Positions 54,527 through 64,000 of a stretch of DNA of 64,000 nt are shown here, piece after piece. Positions within the stretch are counted from its first letter, which is position 1, and the number at the start of each line of letters is the position of its first letter. Under the pieces are notes generated by a model, which was not told the origin of the DNA, ran no database searches, and worked only from the letters and a program-made list of their open reading frames with translations. A program made the translations under genes and the position numbers. Source of the stretch: Octopus vulgaris (Eukaryota); assembly GCA_951406725.2 (NCBI GenBank), contig OX597833.1, forward strand, positions 47,306,001-47,370,000, given 5' to 3'.

Positions 54527-55117
54527 CCCAGGGGCACAGTCAGTGCGAGACCTGGGCATTTACATGAGTAATGATGCATCCTTCCATGTGCATGTTGCTA
54601 AATTGGCAGTAAAATGCAGGCAGCTGGCTTGATGGATTCTTAGAACTTTTAAAACAAGAGATCAGGAAACCATGATGGTCCTCGGGAGGACACTTGCCCT
54701 AAGCCACTTTGACTATTGCTCTCAGCTGTGGTCACCAACCAGTGTCAAATTAATCTCAGAACTTGAGGCAATCCAATGAAGCTACATGAAGTAGATAGCC
54801 TCTATGTAGCATACTGGGAAAGACTCAAGAGATTAGGACTCTATTCCTTAGAGCATTGGCGAGAAAGATATGCCATAATATACATCTGGAAGATCCTGGA
54901 AGGACTTGTCCCAAACTTTGGCATCGAGAGTTACAAAAATACTAAAACTGGGCGCCACTGCATAGTGCTAAGGACTCCAAATTTACCATCAAGATGTAGG
55001 AGAAGATACTGTGATAGCTTGGGCTTCAGAGGTCCACAGCTCTTTAATATCCTCCCGAAAGACCTGAGAGACCTGCATGGGGTGGATGTAGGTATCTTCA
55101 AAATAAAGCTGGACCTC
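54527..55117 (+). mobile_element. CR1-like LINE ORF2 C-terminal fragment
   Basis: VRDLGIYMS...; YWERLKRLGLYSLEHWRERYAIIYIWKILEGLVPN; FKIKLD. Same family as 10215-11048. Confidence 0.88.
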
Positions 55118-58100
55118 TAGGGGCATATCAGCTCTCAACTATTAGTACGCATACTAATACCCATTTCTGGCTATTAGTATGCATACTAATACCCATTTCT
55201 AATGAGGCATAAATACAGACATATTCTTTTGCATGAAAATTGTTTATGTGATGCTTGGAGTAACAATCTTTTGACATTGTTAAGGAAGATCCTGTTTTAA
55301 GTAATAAATTTGGTATCCTATAGTCTAGATTTTCCCTGATGGTGGGCTGTTTGTTATAGCTGTCGGCAAGTATGTTTAATTGGGAGATGTTTGTGCTACA
55401 AACCTTTAACACTTAGGCATTCAGATTACTATGCCAAATGTAATGTTTATTTATTCACATTGTTTTAAGTTGATCATGCATTGTCTTGTAGCTTTGGGAT
55501 TTCAATGATGTGATTGTGTATTCTTCTACTATAACCTCTGGTCAACTAAAACCTTGGCGGTGAGATTTGGTAACAGGTACTATGTGGAGGTCCACTAGAT
55601 GGACTTTGTTTCTTTGAGACATACACTTAATCAGTCACCTGATTTTAACATCACCAACTTAGCCCTTGAGTGCACTTAGTGGAGTATAACCCTTTAGCAT
55701 TCAGATTACTCTGTCAAAAATGTATTGCTTATTTATTTACATTATCTTGTAGCTTTGAGATTTTGATGATGTGATTGTTTATTTTTAGAATGACATTGTA
55801 GGGTAGGTGTGAGAGGCCAGATCTAGCTGCTTTGAACATAAAACAGGTAGAATATTTGGGACAGATATTGCCGGTTTATATGCTGAATGGTAAAAGCGGC
55901 AACCTGGCCAACTGGGGCTACTCGTAGCCGTATCAGACCCTGTTATTGATGACAGATCTGGTGACTTCAATTATGAGTGCTCCAGCCATTTGATTCTCAT
56001 AACCATCTACCATTGAATCAGGTATGGTGTAAGTGGCTCAATATTCCATAGACATTTATAATTATAGTATGTGGAAACTACATTTTATTTTCCGGGCTGA
56101 GATTCAAAACTGAATCTAAGAATTCTTGCTCACCATTGGCTGACCAGGTGGGAAAAATTTCGTTGTCCTGTCAAAAGTGATAGATGAGTTTCCACTCAAC
56201 CTCCAACCTGGCTGTCTCATGGAAAGTTCAGATGGACAACAAGTGACCTAAATAGATACAAGCCACTCTTATAATGGTATATCCATCCTTCTAGCTAGAA
56301 TGGGCCATTATAAATATGAGTTCCGTAGGAGACACAGACAGTCAGAACTGTGATTGAGATGGTGAGCCCTATGAGCAGAGCGACATGCAAAAGTTAGCTG
56401 TTGCAGACCATAGAACAGACAAGATAGAGAAACAACACCACAGAGGTGAATGATGAACTCATACACAGACACAAAATATGTCTTTGTACTATCTTGCCCC
56501 ATCAACATTCTCTTTCCTCTGTTTTATGTATCCAAGTATCCAACAAAGTGAAAGCAACTGAGACCAAATAAATAATGTAACCTACATTCCTATTCTTTCT
56601 TCATTGTTTTTCCATTTATGCCGGTCCAATGTGCCTAGCATCATCTGCTACACCCAACAACTTATATTCATCCCTCAGCATCACATTTCACTACAAGTAT
56701 AACCCTTAGTCAGAATTCGTAAAAAGCACCATCTGAACATGGCTGATGCCAGCACAGCCTTGACTGGCTTCCGTGCCGGTGGCACGTAAAAAGCACCAAT
56801 CCAATCGTGGCCATTGCCAGCCTCACCTGGCACCTGTGCCGGTGGCACGTAAAAAGCACCCACTACACTCTCGGAGTGGTTGGCGTTAGGAAGGGCATCC
56901 AGCTGTAGAAACGCTGCCAGATCAGACTGGAGCCTGGTGCAGCCTTCTGGCTTCCCAGATCCCCAGTTGTACCGTCCAACCCATGCTAGCATGGAGAACG
57001 GACGTTAAACGATGATGATGATGATGATGATGTATATGACAAGATAGGTCCCTTGAGTTTACAGTTACAGTCCATCCAAGTTTCTTTCAACCTGGTTCCA
57101 CTCAGAAAGCTTGGGGCAACTTGGAGCATTAGTAGAAGATACTTGCCTGATGTGCCAAGCAATGGAATTAAAACCCAAATCTCATAAATGCAAAGTGAAA
57201 ATCCCTAACTCTTCAGTCATATCTTTACCTTAATATTGTCCACACACATTCTTTTAAGCTCCAACTTCACATATAAAGCTTTAATCGTTATCATACCATT
57301 GAATACTTAAAGCATTATAGTATAAGAAAATATGTGTAGTAACGGTAGGAGTAGGAACTGTCAACTTTTGAATTTTTTGTCAGGTCTGGAGCAAGATTTC
57401 TAGAAAGAAGACACAGATTGCAAATAAATATATGTGATAGGAGTAGAGATGAATTCTTGAAAGTTTTTAAGGCCTTTCAAGGATTTAAAAAATCATACTG
57501 TCCTTTCGAGGATTTAAAAAAATAAATTAATAGCATAGTGATTCATTGTATCACTCACATGACATTTAGACTTCTATTTGGTATTACAGGAATTTATTGG
57601 AAATTTTGCAGAAAAACCAATACTTAATGGGTAAATTCCCAACTGCATTGTAATAATGATTATTTTTCAAACTAAAGAACTTAGGAATAAATTTGAACCA
57701 GTATCTTTTTTTTACACACTGTTGTAGCTATGGCAACTATAAAATTTTGAGGACTCTCTCTCTCTCTCCTTTCTCCTTGATTGTGGATTGGCAAAATTGA
57801 TTGAACATTGGATGAAATATTTCGTTTTTGGATTTGGTTTGCAAGATTCTTTATATGAGTTCGTGTGTTGAAGCCAGACACAACAGAATTGGATGAAATG
57901 CCTTGCAGTATTTCATTGCATTATTTTATATTCTGAGTTCAAATCCTGCTACAGTTATCTTTGCATTTTATTCTTCAGAGGTCAATAAAATAAATACCAG
58001 TCAAATATAGGGGTGGATGCAATCAATTATTTTCATTACATTGAAACATCTGGCCTTGTGCCAAAGTTTTAAAAAATCATTATTATTAATGGTAGTTGTA

Positions 58101-58699
58101 GTAGTTTTTCAATTTCTTTGAATTTCATTCCTTTTGTAACCATCACTTTTTGTTCCCAATTCAATTCCCAATTCGTTCCTAATACAATTGGTCACATATT
58201 ACTGATTAGATTCCTTGGCCATCTGGTAGAATGTGTTACATAAAACATCTTTTTCTCTTGGCTTTCTTGAGAAAATTCTGTAGTTTGTAAGCTATTTGTT
58301 GTTAAACTTCTTGAATTTCGGCAATTTCAACCAATCAATGACGTCTATTGAGGTCCCACTGAATGGCACTTTGGGAAAGTGTCTTCTATCATAGCCCTGG
58401 GGCAACTAAAGCCTTTTGAGTGGATTTGAGTGGTAGATGGAAATTGAAAAAACCCATTGTATACATGCTTATTTTTGTATTTTTGTTTGGCTCCCACCAC
58501 CACTTGACAACTGATGTCAGTTCCTTTACATCCCTGTAACTTAGCAGTTTGACAAAAGGTACTGATGAAATAAGTACCAGGATTTTTAAAAAATAAGTAC
58601 TGGGATCAATTTGTTTGACTAAAACATTTCAAGGTGCTACCCCAGCATGGTTGCAGTCCAATGATTGAAACCAGTAAAAGATGAAAGATACTGCTGCTT

Positions 58700-58819
58700 C
58701 TAACGGATCTGGTGCCTTTCGTGGAAGCTTTTGCCCGCTTCTTAGGACCGACTGACCCATGCTCGACCGCCGTTGGCATGGAACCCTTCTCCACTTCGGC
58801 CTTCAAAGTTCTCGTTTGA
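58700..58819 (-). rRNA. 28S rRNA fragment (dispersed pseudogenic piece, ~90-120 bp)
   Basis: CTTAGGACCGACTGACCCATG...CATGGAACCCTTCTCCACTTCGGCCTTCAAAGTTCTCGTTTGA is the reverse complement of a conserved eukaryotic LSU rRNA segment. Flanks are not rDNA; left boundary approximate. Confidence 0.88.
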
Positions 58820-58984
58820 GGCGCAGGAGTAGCTGTGTGGTAAGTAGCTTGCTAACCAACCACATGGTTCCGGGTTCAGTCCCACTGCGTGGCATCTTGG
58901 GCAAGTGTCTTCTGCTATAGCCCTGGGTCAACCAATGCCTTGTGAGTGGATTTGGTAGACAGAAACTGAAAGAAGCCTGTCGTA

Positions 58985-59029
<45 letters not shown>

Positions 59030-59231
59030 TTGTGTGTCTGTGTTTGTCCCCCTAGCATTGTTTGACAACTGATGCTGGTGTGTTTACGTCCCCGTCACTT
59101 AGCAGTTCGGCAAAAGAGACCGATAGAATAAGTACTGGGCTTACAAAGAATAAGTCCCAAGGTCGATTTGCTTGACTAAAGGCGGTGCTCCAGCATAGCC
59201 GCAGTCAAATGACTGAAACAAGTAAAAGAGT
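58820..59231 (+). mobile_element. Full-length tRNA-headed SINE, family 1 (internal TA/TG microsatellite); similar copies at 23622-24040(-), 37064-37445(+), 45178-45585(+), plus many older ones
   Basis: A-box-like T(A/G)GCTGTGTGG and B-box-like GGTTCAGTCCC; tail CAGTCAAATGACTGAAACAAGTAAAAGAG; repeated many times in the window. Confidence 0.9.
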
Positions 59232-59389
59232 TCTGTAAAAAATGAGAAAAATGCTTTGAATCTTGTGAGAAATTCTTTAATCAGCCATTTAGAATTTCTT
59301 CTTTCTCTTAAACATTGTGGAAAATTTGTTTTAGTATGAACCTACAAAATGAAATCATTGGAAATGATAAACTGAAATAACACACTCAC

Positions 59390-59570
59390 CACACATATAT
59401 ACATGCATACACATACATGCATATATACATGCGTATATATCTATCTATATGTACATATATATATACATACATACATACATAAATACATACATACATATAT
59501 ATACATACATACATATATATATATATATACATATATATATGTATGTGCATATATATACATATGTATGTGC

Positions 59571-59649
<79 letters not shown>

Positions 59650-59685
59650 CATACATACATACATACATAGACACATGTATATATT
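59390..59685. repeat. Compound TA/TACA microsatellite
   Basis: Directly visible. Confidence 0.96.
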
Positions 59686-60378
59686 CAGTTTGATCTGTAT
59701 GCCCAATCAATTAACCATATAAATAAAACAAAGAATTAAAAACTAAGCAAGTTAAACATTTTGTTTAATCCAATAATATAGCATAGATAACTAACAGAAA
59801 TAAGTTCATGACTACATGGCACTTTTTTCAGGGATAACCTTCAAATGCTATGTCGCATAAACATTTGACAGTTATCTCTGATAAAAATTGATATTTTACA
59901 AATACATTTTCTATCCAGATATATCTTTTTACTCTCATTTGTAGCATCTCACTCTCTTGCTCTATCTCTCTCTCACACACACACATATGAGAAATGTGGA
60001 TAAACACAAACCTTGTACTATAGTTTCTACATGCATTTTGCCGTTCAACTACAGCAGACACTGAAGGAACACTTTATTGCTTTAAGCTATTAAATGCACA
60101 TGGAGTGCCTATTACAGAGCTCCAAACAACATAATGGGGAAATGTACAGAGGAACTACACTATAAACTTGTGTTCATCCTTATTTTTCCTGCATTTGTTC
60201 TGTAGCTTGAAAGTGGTAATACAACCCAGTATAGAAGTTAACAACTACAAGGAAGGAAGAAGCAAACTGGATTATAATAATCTGTGTCAAGCTCTAACTA
60301 TAATAGTAGCTGTCATACAGCCATTTGTAAACACAATTTCTAATATATATATATGTGTGTGTGTGTGTGTATGATGTA

Positions 60379-60424
<46 letters not shown>

Positions 60425-60425
<1 letters not shown>

Positions 60426-60865
60426 ATAATACAAAATAAGAAAATGGAGGAATAGATTTCTTTCAATCATCAACTACTACATAATACCAATTCATATAAT
60501 ATATTAACTAATTATTTAGGAATATCCAGATCAAACAGAATAATACAGAATAAAACAGTACACATCAATAAGACGAGGCCCTGAGATATATATATAAGTA
60601 ACTTATTTTTAACTGTATATTACCTCAATACAACTGACTAATATGAGCATAATGAGATACTCTTATCTACAGGCTGAAACAGCTGTAAGATCCATTTTAT
60701 ATGTATTGTTCTTATGGTATTATCTTACTTATTGATGTGTACTGTTTTATTCTGTTTGATCTGGATATTTCTAAATAATTAGTTAATAAATTATATGAAT
60801 TGGTATTATCTAGTAGTTGATGATTGAAAGATATCTATTCCTCCATTTTCTTATTTTGTATTATG
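60425..60865. repeat. Long inverted repeat (~140-bp arms 60425-60572 and 60728-60865) around a ~155-bp spacer
   Basis: CATAATACAAAATAAGAAAATGGAGGAATAGAT...ACAGTACACATCAATAAG versus CTTATTGATGTGTACTGT...ATCTATTCCTCCATTTTCTTATTTTGTATTATG. Confidence 0.92.
60645..60692 (+). ncRNA. Degenerate hammerhead-like motif in the spacer of a long inverted repeat
   Basis: ATAATGA-GATACTCTTATCT...GAAA-CAGCTG-TA-AGAT; the same GAAACAGCTGTAAG 3' half as the 62658-62703 motif, with a decayed 5' core. Confidence 0.4.
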
Positions 60866-61065
60866 AATTTGAGGTAAAACATTTTACCTTCGCCCATATA
60901 ATACATTAAATGAATTAATTGCATTGCAATTCTTAGCATTTATGTATTAGCCTCTCTGGGTACTTTACTGGCAGTATATTGGATAAATGATATCCCATAG
61001 TGGGTTACACTCATAACCCCTATCTCACTTTGTAATATATAAAAACATAAATATATATATAATAG

Positions 61066-61400
61066 TGAAGGCACATGGCTCAGTGGTTAGAGCATCGAGA
61101 TTATGATCATGAGGTTGTGAGCTCAAATCCTGGACTGGGCTGTGTGCTGTGTTCGTGAGCAAGACACTTTATTTCACATTGCTCCAGTTCACTCAGCCGT
61201 AGAAATGTAGAAATGAGTTGCAACGTCACAGGTGCCAAGCTGTATCAGCTGTTGCCTTTCCCTTGGATAACACTGGTGGCGTGGAGAGGCGAGGCCGGTA
61301 TGCATGGGTGATTGCTGGTCTTCCATAATCAACCTTGCCTGGGAGGGTAACTTTCTAGGTGCAATCTCATGGTCAGTGTCGTGACCGAAGGGGGTCTTTC
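61066..61400 (+). mobile_element. tRNA-headed SINE family 4; related copies at 24465-24786(-), 9955-10150(+), 365-598(-), 31560-31793(-)
   Basis: TGGCTCAGTGGTTAGAGC A box; shared body TTGCTCCAGTTCACTCAGC...TTTCTAGGTGCAATC. Confidence 0.82.
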
Positions 61401-61447
61401 AGATATAAAAATATATATATAAACACACACACACATACATATATATA

Positions 61448-62370
61448 CAGGGTGTGGGGAATAAGTTGCTGTCTAAATTATGCAAAAATGAAAATAACAC
61501 TGACATCTTATTTTAACAGATATATTTACCAAAATTACATAAAAATATCTTGAAATACTAAAGAATAAATTTATTCAATAAAATCGCCATTGGCTTCAAC
61601 CACTGCTTCCAGACAACTTCAGAATCTCCTTGTTTAACTTGGTGAGAGCTGCCATAATCCTTGCCTTCAGTTCATCTTTGATGTTACAAGGAGTTTTGTT
61701 GGTCTCTTGCTCCACACATAATAACGAAAGAGGTTGCAGTCTGGGGAGTTAGGTGGCCAGATGTTAGGGATGATGTGGTCGCAGAAATTGTCTGACAGCC
61801 ATGACTGGGTTCTCCTGCTTGTGTGGCATGTTTCCAGATATAGGGTCTTCCAGCAGCCACCTTCTTCATCCGGGGCAGTGCTACCTCCTCCAGGCACTTG
61901 ATGTAGGCCTCTGTGTTGAGTCTGAGGCCAAGTGGGAAAAGCGGAGGTATAATGTCACCATCGTTAGTGATCACTCCAAGTACCATGATGTTGACTGGAT
62001 GTTTGATTTTTATCACTCATGGTATATATTTTCGGGACATGGCATGCCAACGGTTGTTCTGTGTGTTCACCATCTGATCCTGGCAGAAATTTTTCCCGTC
62101 TGAGAAAAACCAAAGCATGTTTAGTTGAAGAGGATGCTTGAGTTTGTTCAAAAGCTTCCTAGCATGGTCTTTCCTCTTGCCCTTGATAGGCTGGGAATGA
62201 AAATTGGCCCTTTCTCATCTCGTATGAGGAACATTGAATGTCTTCATGCACTACCTACCTGATAAGAAACTCACACTCCCATGTCCCTGGCAAAGGACCT
62301 GATTGACTTGGAGGGAGTGTTGTTAATCATAGCCTGGATATCACCAACAAATTCAGTTCTTTTCTTAACC
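61448..62370 (-). mobile_element. Decayed Tc1/mariner transposon (maT/DD37D-like)
   Basis: KHPVNIMVLGVITNDG, YIKCLEEV, WPPNSPDCN..YYVW, WFFSD motifs; TA-CAGGGTG terminus at 61446-61454; frameshifted. Confidence 0.88.
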
Positions 62371-62458
62371 TGGATTCATTAACGTTTTTTTGCATTCCTG
62401 GACTTCTGAGCATTTGCTTATGTCTGTGACATAGATATTTAAAAATATGTGTTCATAT

Positions 62459-62519
62459 AGAGTCTGACGAGCTGTCCTCAAGGCTTTAGCTTTGTGGGTG
62501 CAAAACCTTGGGTAACTCT
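62459..62519 (+). ncRNA. Type I hammerhead ribozyme-like motif (G12 mutated)
   Basis: AGAGT-CTGACGA-[GC...CCTCAAGGC TTTA GCTTTGTGG...GC]-AAAA-CC TTG GG-TA-ACTCT: 5-bp stem I, core box, long stem II, stem III, GUA cleavage triplet. GAAA reads AAAA, consistent with CpG decay. Confidence 0.7.
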
Positions 62520-62542
62520 TTGTCCAAGATAAAAAATTTTTG

Positions 62543-62589
<47 letters not shown>

Positions 62590-62657
62590 CAAAAACAGAT
62601 AACAAAGACAAGGCTGTGAAGAGTTTTCAGGACATTTATAAGGAAAGAGAAAGTTAG

Positions 62658-62703
62658 CCTTACAGCTGTTTCTGAAATATTAGGGATATCCCTTCATCAG
62701 AGA
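62658..62703 (-). ncRNA. Minimal type I hammerhead ribozyme-like motif
   Basis: Minus strand TCT-CTGATGA-A[GGGATAT CCCTA ATATTTC]A-GAAA-CAGCTG-TA-AGG: intact core boxes, palindromic stem III typical of Penelope-associated minimal hammerheads, 3-bp stem I. Confidence 0.7.
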
Positions 62704-62832
62704 TGATGTGAGAGAGGTAAATGTTTGTGTTTGAAGTAAGGAATTATTATGGAAAAGGAGGAGATAGGGAAATAGAGGGAAATAAGAGAATGAAAGTAGA
62801 AATAACATAAAACATTGTAGATGCAGTTCCAT

Positions 62833-63089
62833 TATTCAAGTAAAGTGGTGTATAGAAGTGGTAAAAAAGTTTCCTGTACATGGTATATAAGTTCCGATAG
62901 TAGTTCGTATTTATCATTTCAAAGTATGGAGCCATGGATTCTATATTACCCATTCAAAGGGGCTTTGTGGGCAACACAGAATCCACAGCTCCATACTTTG
63001 AAATGACTAAACACGAACTACTATTGGAACTTACATACCGTGTACAGGAAACTTTTTTTACCACTTCTATACACCACTTTACTCGAATA
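62833..63089. repeat. Fold-back palindrome, ~120-bp arms
   Basis: AGTAAAGTGGTGTATAGAAGTGGTAAAAAAGTTTCCTGTACA...TCATTTCAAAGTATGGAGC mirrored by GCTCCATACTTTGAAATGA...TGTACAGGAAACTTTTTTACCACTTCTATACACCACTTTACT. Confidence 0.93.
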
Positions 63090-63635
63090 TACACTTTAGA
63101 TGAGTTGTAGTGCACCTGAGCACTGTACACAATTATTATTATTATTATTATTATTATGGAACTGCAAGTACAATATTTTACATACAACAGACTTCTTTCA
63201 GTTTCTGTCTACTAAATCATCTCACAAGGCTTTGGTAGAAGACATCTGCCCAAGGAGCCACGCAGTGGGACTGAACCCAGACCCATATGGTTGGGAAGCA
63301 AGCCACTCAAGTATAAATTAGTAAAATAAGGTGGTGAGCTGGCAGAAATGTTAGCACGCCGAACGAAATGCGTAGCCGTATTTCGTCTGCCGTTATGTAT
63401 GTCCTGAGTTCAAATTCCACCGGGGTCGACTTTGCCTTTCATCCTTTTGGGGTCGATAAATTAAGTACCAGTTATGCACTGGGGTCGATGTAATCGACTT
63501 AATCCCTTTGTCCCCTCTGTGTTTAGCCCCTTGTGGGCAATAAAGAAATAAGTAAAATAAGATTCTATAGAATCTAGGCACATCAACATGCAGGATGCCA
63601 GAAATGGCTAGGTACAAACCCCATTTATGTTCTTT

Positions 63636-63706
<71 letters not shown>

Positions 63707-64000
63707 TGGGAATGCATCCCAAGGTTGCCTGGGTTTTATGACCTACAGTTTCATTGTATTATTTTTTTTTTCTTATGGGCAGAATCGGCACACAAGGAAT
63801 GGGAAGCAAATAACCCTTCTTTATAAACATGGATTTCAGTCATTTTGTGATGAACAATGCTGAAATTGTTGACACCAAAAACATGTAGAATAGCAGCTTA
63901 GATTAAAATGAAATCCTAACACTGGCCCCCAAAATGACCTAGACTTATGGATGTAAAGAATTGGATGACAATTTGGGATTTGCCAGCCTCGCCTGGCCCC

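Noticed and set aside
58820-58895. tRNA-like sequences at SINE heads (also 45178, 49212, 61066)
   Set aside because: A/B boxes are present, but there is no convincing full cloverleaf and they continue into repeated SINE bodies; not tRNA genes.
59195-59231. SINE tail hairpin followed by GAAACAAGTA, resembling the 3' half of a hammerhead
   Set aside because: No CUGANGA box or stem I upstream; better explained as a LINE-type 3' recognition stem-loop.
62365-62592. 75-aa minus-strand ORF as a possible Penelope endonuclease remnant
   Set aside because: Begins in a TA repeat and shows no GIY-YIG or RT motif.

Overview
AT-rich, repeat-saturated animal genomic DNA, most likely an octopus/coleoid cephalopod. 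This is inferred from the SINE/MITE/RTE repertoire, the huge (TA/TG/TATG)n tracts and a single-exon C2H2 gene; it is not proven. Only one credible protein-coding gene is present: a 751-aa C2H2 zinc-finger protein (14326-16581, +) with two six-finger arrays and a ~180-aa poly-Q/poly-H tail, entered through a splice acceptor at 14216/14217. The rest is mobile-element debris: several tRNA-headed SINE families, CR1-like and RTE LINE fragments, two decayed Tc1/mariner (maT/DD37D-like) transposons, mariner-, piggyBac- and hAT-type MITEs, and non-autonomous Helitrons. Almost all other ORFs in the track are microsatellite or repeat artefacts. The least-explained signals are (i) four hammerhead-ribozyme-like motifs (46.1, 60.6, 62.5, 62.7 kb) near long fold-back palindromes, which suggests non-coding Penelope-like/retrozyme-type elements; (ii) a 28S rRNA fragment joined directly to the 5' end of a full-length SINE; (iii) a transposon>SINE>Helitron nest with readable junctions; and (iv) an inverted MITE pair just upstream of the zinc-finger exon. 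All calls were made by eye, and repeat boundaries are approximate.
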